From: a candidate division WOR-3 bacterium | GTDB taxonomy: Bacteria > Hydrothermota > 32-111 | DNA: 64,000 nucleotides | NCBI GenBank assembly: GCA_037481815.1 | Contig: JBBFKX010000001.1 | Span: 224,001 to 288,000 of the forward strand | Direction: 5' to 3' | In this document: in pieces, positions 19,065-28,916 of the stretch | Numbering within the stretch: the stretch's first letter is position 1 | Layout of the letters: the number at the start of each line of letters is the position of its first letter | Program-made: the position numbers and the translations under genes | Notes under the pieces: generated by a model | Databases searched by the model: none | Seen by the model: only the letters and a program-made list of their open reading frames with translations | What the model was told of the DNA's origin: nothing

Positions 19065-19525
19065 AGAACTTTTTGCTACTTTTTTTCATAATCTTATTTT
19101 TATTTATGATCGAAATCTTTCTCTGGATTAAAAATTTTTTCTTAGTGATTCTATCTTTTTTTATAGTTATTTTTTTAACTTTTTTGTATCTATCAAGAAT
19201 GACAGAGGACTTAAAAACTTTTAAGAAACTTGTGAGTTTGTTTTTTAAAAATATTGACACAATTTTTTTGATCGTTTTAAAAAATTTTTACTTTTTTACT
19301 TACCTTATATTAAAAAGAAATACTGAAGATGATATTATTGAAAAAAAAATAAATCTTGAAAAAAATGATCAAATTTTTAATCATTTTCTAAAATTGATTT
19401 TTTTTATGGATATAACGATTTTGAATCTATATTTTACTGAAAAATCGTTAAACATAAAAATAAAAAGAGATTTTGATTCTGAAATTTATCAAACGAGATA
19501 TTATAGAATGTTAAGAAAATTATGA
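19061..19525 (+). CDS. Membrane protein, positional MnhE/MbsA-like subunit
   Basis: Size, N-terminal TM segments and first position in the cluster; sequence very diverged. Confidence 0.4.
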   Translation: MKNFLLLFFIILFLFMIEIFLWIKNFFLVILSFFIVIFLTFLYLSRMTEDLKTFKKLVSLFFKNIDTIFLIVLKNFYFFTYLILKRNTEDDIIEKKINLEKNDQIFNHFLKLIFFMDITILNLYFTEKSLNIKIKRDFDSEIYQTRYYRMLRKL

Positions 19526-19770
19526 CACAATATTTTTACTTTTTTATTGTTTTCGTTTTTTCTATCAATTTTATAATTTTAATTTTAAAAAATAAAAAGA
19601 TTGATAAAGTTTTTGCTTTTATGAATATAGCAAATACTTTCATTCTCACAATATTTCTTTTTTCTGATTTCCAAAAATTTTCTATACTTAAACTGTTTTT
19701 TTCTTTAATCTTCATTTTGCAGTCTGGAGTTATAATAAAAAATCTAATCGATAACTTTAAAGAGGTTTAA
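19522..19770 (+). CDS. Small membrane protein, MnhF/MbsB-like
   Basis: 3 TM; IDKVFAFMNI resembles the MnhF DRxxAxD motif; ATGA coupling. Confidence 0.45.
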   Translation: MTQYFYFFIVFVFSINFIILILKNKKIDKVFAFMNIANTFILTIFLFSDFQKFSILKLFFSLIFILQSGVIIKNLIDNFKEV

Positions 19771-20016
19771 ATGTTTTTTCTATGGACAGTTTTCATTTTT
19801 GTTCAAACAATAATAGTCGCAAAGAAAAATGATCCCTATAAAAAAAGGATTTTTGTTTATATGAATATTCTCTTTTCAATTTTCTTACTTTTGTTTGCTT
19901 TTATAAACGCTTTGAAAGGTTTTATTTTTATTGGGATTTTATTGATATTTGTATTTCTGTTTAATCTTTTTATTGTTTTGTATGTTCAATATTTTAGTTT
20001 TTTGGTTTCAGATTGA
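19771..20016 (+). CDS. Small membrane protein, MnhG/MbsC-like
   Basis: 3 TM; DPYKKR resembles MnhG DxYxRxH. Confidence 0.45.
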   Translation: MFFLWTVFIFVQTIIVAKKNDPYKKRIFVYMNILFSIFLLLFAFINALKGFIFIGILLIFVFLFNLFIVLYVQYFSFLVSD

Positions 20017-20024
20017 GGGTAATA

Positions 20025-20264
20025 ATGTTGGATAACAGTTTGATAATACCTGTTTTGATCTTTTTTGCTATACTCGGAAATCTTATTATGTTGTACAATA
20101 AAAAAGGATATGTTTTTTCTTTTATAGTTCTTTTAAACATTTATGCACTGGTAATCTTTTTTTTAGATAATGATTTTATATCAATATTGTTCGTTTTCTT
20201 TAACTCTTTCATTACTTCGAATCTGATGATGAAATTTATAAATGAAATAAATACAAAAAAATGA
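20025..20264 (+). CDS. Small membrane protein, DUF4040/MbsD-like by position
   Basis: 3 TM; size and position only; SD gaggg before ATG 20025. Confidence 0.35.
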   Translation: MLDNSLIIPVLIFFAILGNLIMLYNKKGYVFSFIVLLNIYALVIFFLDNDFISILFVFFNSFITSNLMMKFINEINTKK

Positions 20265-20271
20265 AGTTAAT

Positions 20272-20568
20272 ATGTCAGAGTTTATTTTCATAGAGATTGT
20301 GTTACTGATTATTTTAAATTTGCTAATTTTTATACAAACTGACTCAATAGTCAAAACTTTTGTTTCGTTATTCCAGATGTTTCCTATCCTGTTGATTTTA
20401 ACAATGACAAAAATAATAATCAGTAATACTATACTTGCCACAGTTTATCTTTCAACATTTATAATCTTGAATTTATTGTTGGTTATCATGATTCTTTTTT
20501 TCATAAAAAAAAGTTTAATGATAAAAAAAACCGATAGAAATTTCAGGCCTGATGATTATGATGAATGA
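20272..20568 (+). CDS. Small membrane protein, MnhC/NuoK/MbsG-like
   Basis: 3 TM; DSIVK resembles NLIK motif; position before antiporter subunits. Confidence 0.4.
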   Translation: MSEFIFIEIVLLIILNLLIFIQTDSIVKTFVSLFQMFPILLILTMTKIIISNTILATVYLSTFIILNLLLVIMILFFIKKSLMIKKTDRNFRPDDYDE

Positions 20569-21991
20569 AATTTTATTTTTATTTCTTGTAATGTTTACTT
20601 TTTATTCAATGGACCATTTCAAATTAAAATCTATTAATACACAACTTAACCTCTTGGTTAGTGTATACATCTTATATAAACTTTTGATAGTTTTTTATTC
20701 AAAAAATGAATTTTATGTTTTTAATATTTTACCTTTTTTGACTTTTCATTTTGATTCTCATCGTTCAATAAAAGTACTGGAGTTACTGGTTATATTTTTT
20801 TACTTCATCTTTTTGTTATTGGATAAAGAGAAGGAAGATATTTTTAGAGATAAAAACTACAATATGGTTTTATATTTTTTAGCCGTTCCGATTTCAACAT
20901 TTGCATATAGAACTTCGGATATATTTATTTATTATATTTTTTGTTTTTTAATATTTTTATGTTTAATTTTTACTTATAAAAACAAAAAATTGAGTTTTAT
21001 CACAATAAATGTTAAGGTTTCATTTATCATATATTTTGCTTTCCTAATATCTTATTTTGTATCTGTAAAATTTCTTGAAAATTATAATACAACCAACATT
21101 TTGGAAATTTCAAAAAATACAGGTTTTCAAACTTTAAATGGTTTACTTTTTTATTTACTATTTTTTACTCCTTTACTTTTTTCTTTCATTTTTCCTTTAA
21201 ACATATTTTTATCTGATTTCATATCTACAATGAACACGAAACAGATATCATTGTTCGTGTTATTTTTAACTATTCCTTCTCTTGTATTTATAAACAAACT
21301 TCTTTTGGTAACACCAGTAAAAATAATCAATTCACTTTTTATAATATCACTCTTTTCATACCTGATAAACATAATTCTTCTAATATCTCCTAAAGTAAAA
21401 TATTTTAAAACTTTTTTATTGTTTACGATTTCAAACGAGACCATCCTTCTTATTCTTTTTGAGCATAGATTTAACACTTTTATGTATACGGGATTTTTGT
21501 TTTTTTATGTAGGGCTATTCTTTGCTTTTCTATATTCACTTTCCAAGTTTGATTTTGAAAACGATGATGATCTTAAAAACTCATTTATAAAACAACCAAC
21601 AAATTCTTTAATTTTTTTCATAACAAGTTTTTCTTTCACTTCTTTACCTTTTTCATTGCTCTTTTTGTATCAATACAAATTCCTTCTTATTCTTTACAGA
21701 TTTGAAAAATTTCTTTTTTGGGTGTATCTTATCGCTCTGATATTAAAATCCTATGCTCTCTTAAGGTTCGATCTAAAAATGTTGTTGGTTGAAAGAAGAA
21801 GTAAAAGTCATTTGATAAATCTGATAAAAAACTTTAACAGGATTGATTTTGCTGTCTTAATAACGATTGCAATTCTTGCAATTTTCTTTTATCATAATTT
21901 TGTTAACAGGAAAGAAGAGAATTTTGGTGAATATAGAAAACTTATTTATAAAGTTTCAAGCATGGAAAGCAAAAATATAAATGAAAAATGA
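20552..21991 (+). CDS. Antiporter-like subunit (MnhD/MbsH-like), highly diverged
   Basis: About 14 TM; TSDIFIYYIF, FIFPLNIFL, SFTSLPF resemble proton-conducting transporter motifs. Confidence 0.6.
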   Translation: MIMMNEILFLFLVMFTFYSMDHFKLKSINTQLNLLVSVYILYKLLIVFYSKNEFYVFNILPFLTFHFDSHRSIKVLELLVIFFYFIFLLLDKEKEDIFRDKNYNMVLYFLAVPISTFAYRTSDIFIYYIFCFLIFLCLIFTYKNKKLSFITINVKVSFIIYFAFLISYFVSVKFLENYNTTNILEISKNTGFQTLNGLLFYLLFFTPLLFSFIFPLNIFLSDFISTMNTKQISLFVLFLTIPSLVFINKLLLVTPVKIINSLFIISLFSYLINIILLISPKVKYFKTFLLFTISNETILLILFEHRFNTFMYTGFLFFYVGLFFAFLYSLSKFDFENDDDLKNSFIKQPTNSLIFFITSFSFTSLPFSLLFLYQYKFLLILYRFEKFLFWVYLIALILKSYALLRFDLKMLLVERRSKSHLINLIKNFNRIDFAVLITIAILAIFFYHNFVNRKEENFGEYRKLIYKVSSMESKNINEK

Positions 21992-23706
21992 ATAGTGTAT
22001 ATTTTTATTCATCCATAATCTCCATAATAAGTGTTTACATCTTAGGAAATCTTAATAAAGTTTTAAGGAATGTTTTTGTATCCGTTTTCTTTGTTTTTTC
22101 TTTTCTTTATTTTTATTCGATCGATTCTACAAAATTAACCATCAATTTTTTTGGGTTTGAATCGCTGAACCTGAATTTTTCAAAAACTGACCTCTCATAT
22201 TCTTTTTTAATTCTTAATCATATTCTATTCTTCTTTTTTCTATTGAGGGAGATCTTTCGTGCTCCGCGTGAAAGTGAAAACAGTTATTTTATGAATATCT
22301 GTTTTATTTTTGCTTTGCTGAATCTTATTTTTGTTTCGAATGATTTTATAACCCTATATATATTTTTTGAAATTTTATTCTTTATTATGGTTATAACTTT
22401 AACGATAAATCTCAACGACTATAAAAGTAGTGAAAACATCCTTCTTATTAATCTTTTTGGTTCACTTTTATTGCTCTCGGTTATAGTTGTGATAACATCA
22501 AGTAAAACTTTTTTAAACTGTCCATCTTTTTTTTATATTGTGTTATATATTTCTGTGGCACTCAGGACTCTTGTTTTACCTTTAAGTACCTTTTTTAAAA
22601 AAGAGTTGATGAAGTCAGATTTTAACTTTATGGGTATTTTTACCATGTCAATTTTTCTATCTGGATTTTTTATAATGAGTTTCCTTTACAATAGTTTTTT
22701 AATCAATCAACATTTTTTGCCAGATCTTTCCAAATTTTTTATTTATCTTTTCTTCCTAATAACTTTGTTCATATTTTCCATCGAATCTTTGATTTCAAAT
22801 GATTTAAAATTGTCGATTTTTAATTTTTCAGGAGCAATATTTGTAACAAATCTTTTGATATTTCTTTACTATTCCAATTTTTCTTTTGGATATTTGATAA
22901 ATGTAATTTTTTACTTTATTCCTTTAACTTTTATTTTTATTTTTTTTGATTATATTGAGGATAAATTTAAAACATCAAATTTCAATTTTTTGTTTAACCT
23001 TTTTTATCTGAAACCAATATCATCATTTATAATAATATTATCATTTCTATCGCTTTCATTTCTCTATCCTACTGTTGGTTTTTTCCTTTTTAAAGAACCT
23101 CTTTTTACCTTATCATACAATTCTTTTCCTATATTTTTTGTTTTTCTTATCTATTTTCTTTTTTATCTTACTTTCATTCTGAAATTGTTTTATATTCTTT
23201 TTATTCAAAAAAGTAATATTTCTGAAACCAAAACAATAAAAGATTCTGAATTCTTGATTTCAGTTTTAACAATACCATTTTTAGTGCCAATCTTATTCTT
23301 CGGTATTTTAAAATATATTATTGGTTTTAGTTCTTATATTTCTTATCTAATGATCGTGATTTTAAGTGCAATAATCTTTTTGATTCTCTTGAAAATGAAG
23401 GAGAATGGATTTAACTTGGCAATATTTACAACAGAAAACAGTAAAGAATATTTTTACATTCAAGGCAGAAAAAGTTCGATGATAGGGGATCTATTGAATT
23501 TTGATTTAACCACAAATCAAAAAAATTTGCAAAAATTTTTGGAACAAACCGATTTGAATAGAATATTTCATTCCATAAAAATATTTTTAGAAGATTTTAG
23601 TTTAACTATTTTAAAATTATATCAGAGAAGTTTTTCTGCAACGATATTCATTCTTTTGATTTTTTTTATTTTTCTGTTTATAATTCTGTATAGAGGTAAC
23701 ATATGA
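21988..23706 (+). CDS. Antiporter-like subunit (NuoL/MbsH'-like), highly diverged
   Basis: SNDFITLYIFFEI, LVLPLS, LYPTVGFFLFKE motifs; many TM. Confidence 0.7.
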   Translation: MNSVYFYSSIISIISVYILGNLNKVLRNVFVSVFFVFSFLYFYSIDSTKLTINFFGFESLNLNFSKTDLSYSFLILNHILFFFFLLREIFRAPRESENSYFMNICFIFALLNLIFVSNDFITLYIFFEILFFIMVITLTINLNDYKSSENILLINLFGSLLLLSVIVVITSSKTFLNCPSFFYIVLYISVALRTLVLPLSTFFKKELMKSDFNFMGIFTMSIFLSGFFIMSFLYNSFLINQHFLPDLSKFFIYLFFLITLFIFSIESLISNDLKLSIFNFSGAIFVTNLLIFLYYSNFSFGYLINVIFYFIPLTFIFIFFDYIEDKFKTSNFNFLFNLFYLKPISSFIIILSFLSLSFLYPTVGFFLFKEPLFTLSYNSFPIFFVFLIYFLFYLTFILKLFYILFIQKSNISETKTIKDSEFLISVLTIPFLVPILFFGILKYIIGFSSYISYLMIVILSAIIFLILLKMKENGFNLAIFTTENSKEYFYIQGRKSSMIGDLLNFDLTTNQKNLQKFLEQTDLNRIFHSIKIFLEDFSLTILKLYQRSFSATIFILLIFFIFLFIILYRGNI

Positions 23707-24464
23707 AAATCCTTTATAATTTTATTTTCTTTTACCTCTTAAATTTTGTTGTCATTTTTTGGTTTGAAAAATATTTTTTGTTCAAAATTTCAAGAAGAGA
23801 TGAAAGGGATATAATTCTTTACGATATTGTTTTGTTTTCAAAAGAAAAGTTTTTTTTCATTTTAACTATTATGATTAAAATTATTTTTTTGCTTTTACTC
23901 TATATCTGGTTATATTTAATGAGTAAAGAAAATATTTTGATAATCTTTTCTCTTATCGTTCTTTTGCTTTTTTTCTCATTTTACAGAAAAATTAAAAATT
24001 CACAATTGATCTATCATAAGGAAATACTAAAAGATTACTTGATTACTTTTTTTTCACTTGGAGTATTTCTTCTTAATTTGTTCGCTTTGAATAATCTAAA
24101 CAGAGATAATTTAGGTATTAAACTTATTATTCTTGTGTTGGGTTTTCCCTCTCTGTTTGTTTTAAATTTTGATAAAACAAAACAAAACATTTACTTATAT
24201 ATTTCAAAAGGGGAGTTATATTTTTTAAATATTCTTGACTCCATTTTTTTTACCATTTTAAATTCTTTGTTTATAGTTTTTATGTTAGATTCTGGAATTG
24301 ATTTTTTCTTTTTATCTATAGCAGTTTTCATCTTTAGATTATTTTTCTATACTATTAAAATTGTTTTTTTGAGTTTTTCTTCAAACTTAATGTCTATATT
24401 TTTATTTTTATCGTTTTTTTTGAACATTGTAATCAATGTGATTTTGAAATATGCTGTATGGTAA
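23703..24464 (+). CDS. Membrane subunit, NuoH/MbsM-like by position
   Basis: EKYFLFKISRR..YDIVLFSKE resembles NuoH ERK..R..D..KL..KE; multiple TM. Confidence 0.5.
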   Translation: MKILYNFIFFYLLNFVVIFWFEKYFLFKISRRDERDIILYDIVLFSKEKFFFILTIMIKIIFLLLLYIWLYLMSKENILIIFSLIVLLLFFSFYRKIKNSQLIYHKEILKDYLITFFSLGVFLLNLFALNNLNRDNLGIKLIILVLGFPSLFVLNFDKTKQNIYLYISKGELYFLNILDSIFFTILNSLFIVFMLDSGIDFFFLSIAVFIFRLFFYTIKIVFLSFSSNLMSIFLFLSFFLNIVINVILKYAVW

Positions 24465-24825
24465 AATCTATTTGAAATACATAATCTTTGGATCAGGTTG
24501 TTGCATAGACACTTTCATTTCGCTCGAATCAGAGTGTTATACATCTGAAAAATTGATTCTTGAAAGAACAACTTCTATATTTGATGCTGATATAATTTTT
24601 ATATACGGTTGCCTGAATTCGAATGCTCTTCAGGTTATAAAGAAAGAATTCTTAAATATGAATAAAGTCAAAGTATTTCTTGGTAATTTTACTTTTGTTG
24701 ATGAAAGTGTTAAGGATGAAATTCTTAGAAATTTTGATTACACAATAGTTGGTTGTCCGGTTGATTGCATAAATTTGATCAAATTTTTGGAGGAAAAGTT
24801 TTATGAAAGAAATTTTTTACGATGA
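24451..24825 (+). CDS. NuoB/MbsJ-like Fe-S small subunit, shortened
   Basis: GSGCC, ADIIFIYG, DYTIVGCP. Confidence 0.75.
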   Translation: MLYGKIYLKYIIFGSGCCIDTFISLESECYTSEKLILERTTSIFDADIIFIYGCLNSNALQVIKKEFLNMNKVKVFLGNFTFVDESVKDEILRNFDYTIVGCPVDCINLIKFLEEKFYERNFLR

Positions 24826-25234
24826 TAGCCAATTTTTACAACATGATATAAAAACCCTTATAACGGAAAATATTTTTCCAGGGAAAGATTCTATTTATTT
24901 TAAACTTGAAGAAAAGAAAATCTTGACCTACACACTAGATTTTTTATACAATAAATGGAATTACAAATATCTTTCAACTATTGTTGTGATTGAAAGGGAA
25001 AATGGTTTTACAATAAAATATTTTATAAATTCAACATCCATCAAAAAAAATGTAATTATCGAAGTTTTTGTTGAAAAAGAAAATCCCGTTTTTACTTCCA
25101 TAGATATGATCTATCCTGTTGCTACCATTTTTGAAAGGGAAATCAATAAAAAGTATGGTATTGTTTTTGAAGGTAACCCTGAAACGAAAAATATAATCTA
25201 TAACTACCTTGAGACATCTAAGGAGGAATTTTGA
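24803..25234 (+). CDS. NuoC/MbsK-like subunit
   Basis: SIDMIYPVATIFEREINKKYGIVFEGNP. Confidence 0.85.
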   Translation: MKEIFYDDSQFLQHDIKTLITENIFPGKDSIYFKLEEKKILTYTLDFLYNKWNYKYLSTIVVIERENGFTIKYFINSTSIKKNVIIEVFVEKENPVFTSIDMIYPVATIFEREINKKYGIVFEGNPETKNIIYNYLETSKEEF

Positions 25235-26340
25235 GGAAGAGGTTCCCTTATATTGTTAATACTGTTGATCCCTGTTTATCGTTAGGTAATATTAATTTTG
25301 AATTTGATATAGATAAATTCTCGTTTAAAGAATTGAATATTGATTTTGAAAACGAAAGAAAAAACATAAATAAAACATTGAAAGGGAAAAAAATTTCAAC
25401 TGCCATTAAGATAATACCAAAACTTTCTTTTGTTCAAACATACCATTTTCAAGAGGTCTTTTCTCTTGCGATTGAAGAGATATATAATGTTAAAATACCA
25501 GAAAAATCTAAAATTTTTAGAATGATTGTTTTAGAACTTGAAAGAATATCAGCATCTTTACTTTTTTTATCAACAATTTCATCCGTCCTTGGTTTTGAAA
25601 CTTTTAAATACTGGACTCTGAAAGATCGAGAAAAGGTTGTTTCAATATTGAAAATTTTAACAAAAAACGAAAATATTTTAACCGATTTCATCGTTCCAGG
25701 AGGTATTATGAGGAGAATTTATAATGTTGATATAGAAACAATGTTGGAATTTTTTGATAGATACTTTGAAAAGATTTTGTTTGATTATGAAAAAATCTTT
25801 TTCAAAAATATTTCTCTTATATCAAGAACAAAGGATTTTGGTGTTTTCGAAAAAGAAATTTTAAAAAAAAATAATGCAACTGGACTTTTACTCAGAAGTT
25901 GTGGGATAAAATTTGATTTAAGAAAAAACGTTCCTTATGAGATGTATAAAAAAGTTGAATTTCCGATTTATCATTTTGAAGTTTCAGATGTTTATAACAG
26001 GATTCTTTCCTTGTATTTTGAAATAAAAAATTCGATAAAAATAATAAAGTGTTGTTTAAAATTCTTGAATGAAATATCTGATGAGGATTTTCAAAATGAA
26101 ATTCCTTATCATGAAAAAATAGGTAACAGATTTTCTTTCAAAAGAATTGAAGGTGTAAATGGTGAACTTTCTGTTTATGTCGAAGTTCGTGATTCGAATA
26201 TAGAACATATAAAATTTACATCTCCTTCTTTTATAAACGGTCTTTTAATGATCAACAAATTAAGTGGGAACTATTCGTGCTCAGATATACCTTTAATTTA
26301 TTCATCTCTCTATATAGTTCCAATGGAGGTTTTTATATGA
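25231..26340 (+). CDS. NuoD/MbsL-like large subunit lacking NiFe and catalytic cysteines
   Basis: LELERISASL, VPGG, TGLLLRSCGIKFDLRKNVPY, EGVNGEL, TSPS; no CxxC motifs. Confidence 0.85.
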   Translation: MRKRFPYIVNTVDPCLSLGNINFEFDIDKFSFKELNIDFENERKNINKTLKGKKISTAIKIIPKLSFVQTYHFQEVFSLAIEEIYNVKIPEKSKIFRMIVLELERISASLLFLSTISSVLGFETFKYWTLKDREKVVSILKILTKNENILTDFIVPGGIMRRIYNVDIETMLEFFDRYFEKILFDYEKIFFKNISLISRTKDFGVFEKEILKKNNATGLLLRSCGIKFDLRKNVPYEMYKKVEFPIYHFEVSDVYNRILSLYFEIKNSIKIIKCCLKFLNEISDEDFQNEIPYHEKIGNRFSFKRIEGVNGELSVYVEVRDSNIEHIKFTSPSFINGLLMINKLSGNYSCSDIPLIYSSLYIVPMEVFI

Positions 26341-26648
26341 TCAACATTGTTGGTTTTTTTGAAACTTTTTTTCAATTGAAATATCTTGTTAGAAAAGAAA
26401 AAAAGGAATTCTTTTTTACTGGGGGTATAAAATTGGTTGTTCCCTCACTGGATAAAGAAAAATGTAATCTGTGTGAATTGTGTGTTGATATATGTCCAAC
26501 AAAAAGTTTTAAAACAAAAGAAGAAAACCTTGTTTTTGACATAATAAGATGTATAAATTGTTCTTTATGCATCGAAGAGTGCCCTCAGAATGCTTTAAAA
26601 AAAGAATTAACAGAAAGGATAGTTTTGAAAAAAACAGATCATATTTAA
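26337..26648 (+). CDS. NuoI/MbsN-like 2[4Fe-4S] ferredoxin subunit
   Basis: CNLCELCVDICP and CINCSLCIEECP; SD ggagg and ATGA overlap give start 26337. Confidence 0.85.
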   Translation: MINIVGFFETFFQLKYLVRKEKKEFFFTGGIKLVVPSLDKEKCNLCELCVDICPTKSFKTKEENLVFDIIRCINCSLCIEECPQNALKKELTERIVLKKTDHI

Positions 26649-26690
26649 AATAATATTTACAAAATTTAACTATAAAAAAGGAGAAAAACT

Positions 26691-27209
26691 ATGTTTATAA
26701 AATTAAACAACAAAGAACCACAACCACCTTTTTATATTTCTGAAGATGCTGTATTGATAGGAGATGTAAGATGTAAAGAAAATTCATCGATCTGGTTCAA
26801 ATCAGTTTTAAGAGGTGATATAAATTATATTGAAATTGGAAAATATTCGAATGTTCAAGATCTTTCTGTATGTCATGTGACATTTGAGTTACCATGCATC
26901 GTTGGAGATTATGTAACCGTTGGACATAACGCTGTGTTGCACGGATGCAAAATTTCTAATTATGTTCTTATCGGTATGGGAAGTGTTATTTTAGATGGTG
27001 TAGAAATAGGTGAAGGAAGTATTATTGCCGCAGGAACGGTTGTAAAAGAAAATAGTAAAATACCCCCTTTCTCTCTTGTTGCTGGAGTCCCCGGACAGAT
27101 AAAAAAAACTCTACCAGAAAGTGTAATAGATGATTTAAAGAAGCACGCTGAATCTTATTTCGAATTCGCAAAATCTCTCAAGAAAAACGGGAAAACCATT
27201 TTATATTGA
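26691..27209 (+). CDS. Gamma-carbonic anhydrase family protein
   Basis: LRGDIN, NVQD..H, TVGHNAVLHGC, hexapeptide repeats. Confidence 0.92.
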   Translation: MFIKLNNKEPQPPFYISEDAVLIGDVRCKENSSIWFKSVLRGDINYIEIGKYSNVQDLSVCHVTFELPCIVGDYVTVGHNAVLHGCKISNYVLIGMGSVILDGVEIGEGSIIAAGTVVKENSKIPPFSLVAGVPGQIKKTLPESVIDDLKKHAESYFEFAKSLKKNGKTILY

Positions 27210-27233
27210 CTTGATATTTTTAAAAGTTATAAT
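27206..27233 (+). promoter_or_regulatory. sigma70 promoter of rnpB-asnS
   Basis: TTGACT-N16-TATAAT. Confidence 0.8.
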
Positions 27234-27238
27234 AGAAA

Positions 27239-27570
27239 TTGTGGGTAGATGCTGGCTACAAGTTCTTTAACTTGAGGAAAGTCCGAACTCCGCAGGGCAG
27301 GATGCCGGGTAACACCCGGAAAGCGAAAGCTTATGGAAAGTGCAACAGAAAATATACCGCCTACCTATGGTAGGTAAGGGTGAAAAGGTGAGGTAAGAGC
27401 TCACCATCTGTTCAGGTAACTGAACAGATTGGCAAACCCCATCCGGAGCAAGATCAAACAGAGGTTAGCTTGCCCGGCTGATACCTCGGGTAGATCGCTT
27501 GAGATGGTTGGTAACAACCATCGCAGATAGATTGCCAGAAAACAGAATTCGGCTTACTATCTACCCACAA
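27239..27570 (+). ncRNA. rnpB: RNase P RNA, bacterial class A
   Basis: GAGGAAAGTCCG, AGTGCAACAGAAA, GGGTGAAA, GGCAAACCCC..GAGCAA, ACAGAATTCGGCTTA; P1 ttgtgggtagat/atctacccacaa. Confidence 0.95.
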
Positions 27571-27594
27571 ATTTTTATAGTTTTGGAGGTTCAA

Positions 27595-28890
27595 TTGAAA
27601 TATTTAACAGTTGATGAATTGAAAAATCATATTGGTGAAGAGGTTGAATTGAAGGGCTGGGTATACAATACCCGTTCAAGTGGAAAAATTTCTTTTCTTT
27701 TGTTCAGAGATGGAACAGGTATAGTCCAAGCAGTTTTGTATCATCCCAACCACAATGAAGAGATCATAAAAAGATTTGATGAGTTGACACAGGAAACGAG
27801 TTTAGTATTGTTTGGAAAGATAAGGGAGGATAAAAGAGCTCCATCAGGGGTTGAACTTGATATAATAGATTTTAAAATTATTTCAAAATCGATAGATTAT
27901 CCGATTTCTCCAAAGGAACATGGTGTTGATTTTTTACAATCCAATAGACACTTATGGCTCAGGTCAAAAAAACAGGCAGCTTTGATGAGGGTAAGAAGTG
28001 ATGTTGTTTTTTATGCGAGAGAATTTTTTAACAACAGGAAATTTTTATGTATCGATGCTCCGATATTCACCCCATCGGCCTGTGAAGGAACCACAACTCT
28101 TTTTGAGGTTAACTATTTTGATGAAAAAAAGGTTTATCTTTCCCAATCAGGTCAACTCTACATGGAAGCAGCAGCACTCGCTTATGGAAAAGTTTACTGT
28201 TTTGGTCCGGCTTTTAGAGCAGAAAAATCAAAAACGAGAAGACATTTAACAGAGTTCTGGCAGATTGAACCGGAGGTTGCTTTCTTTGATATAGACGATG
28301 ATATGGAACTTGCTGAAGATCTTGTTGTATATTTGGTTGAAAAAATACTTGAAAGGAGAGTTGAAGATTTGAAAACATTGGAAAGGGATATCAAACCACT
28401 CGAAAATGTAAAAAAACCTTTTTATAGAATAACATATGAAGATGCGATTAAAATTCTAAACAAAAAAGGAATCGATATAAAGTTTGGAGATGATTTTGGT
28501 GCACCAGATGAGGCCGCTCTGTCATTAGAGTTCGATAGACCTGTTTTTGTTCACAGGTACCCTGCTGAAATAAAAGCGTTTTATATGAAAAGGGATAAAG
28601 ATAGACCTGATCTTGCTCTTGGTTTTGACATGATTGCAGGGGAAGGATATGGAGAAACGATTGGAGGTGGACAAAGAGAAGACGATTATGATACACTTTT
28701 AAAAAGAATCGAAGAACATAAACTTCCAGTTGAAAATTTCAACTGGTATCTTGATTTAAGAAAATATGGTTCTGTTCCGCATGCTGGTTTTGGACTTGGA
28801 ATCGAAAGATTTGTTCAATGGATCACCAAAACCCAACATATAAGAGAAGTGATTCCATTTGCCAGAACACTTGATAGAACTGAGCCTTAA
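27595..28890 (+). CDS. asnS: Asparagine--tRNA ligase
   Basis: OB-fold N-terminus; RHLWLRS, YLSQSGQLY, FRAEKSKTRRHL, KAFYMK, PHAGFGLGIER; TTG start after ggaggt. Confidence 0.93.
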   Translation: MKYLTVDELKNHIGEEVELKGWVYNTRSSGKISFLLFRDGTGIVQAVLYHPNHNEEIIKRFDELTQETSLVLFGKIREDKRAPSGVELDIIDFKIISKSIDYPISPKEHGVDFLQSNRHLWLRSKKQAALMRVRSDVVFYAREFFNNRKFLCIDAPIFTPSACEGTTTLFEVNYFDEKKVYLSQSGQLYMEAAALAYGKVYCFGPAFRAEKSKTRRHLTEFWQIEPEVAFFDIDDDMELAEDLVVYLVEKILERRVEDLKTLERDIKPLENVKKPFYRITYEDAIKILNKKGIDIKFGDDFGAPDEAALSLEFDRPVFVHRYPAEIKAFYMKRDKDRPDLALGFDMIAGEGYGETIGGGQREDDYDTLLKRIEEHKLPVENFNWYLDLRKYGSVPHAGFGLGIERFVQWITKTQHIREVIPFARTLDRTEP

Positions 28891-28916
28891 AAGTTTATTT
28901 ATAGGAAGGAGGAAAG

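Noticed and set aside
19061..24464. Alternative genetic code or foreign origin to explain the odd membrane ORFs
   Set aside because: TGA and TAA act as normal stops with ATGA coupling and sensible subunit sizes; no mobility genes or boundary repeats seen
25231..26340. Group 4 [NiFe]-hydrogenase large subunit
   Set aside because: Neither the N-terminal RxCxxC nor the C-terminal DPCxxC Ni-binding motif is present
27499..27594. N-terminal extension of asnS in the ORF track
   Set aside because: It lies largely within RNase P RNA; an SD-supported TTG start is at 27595
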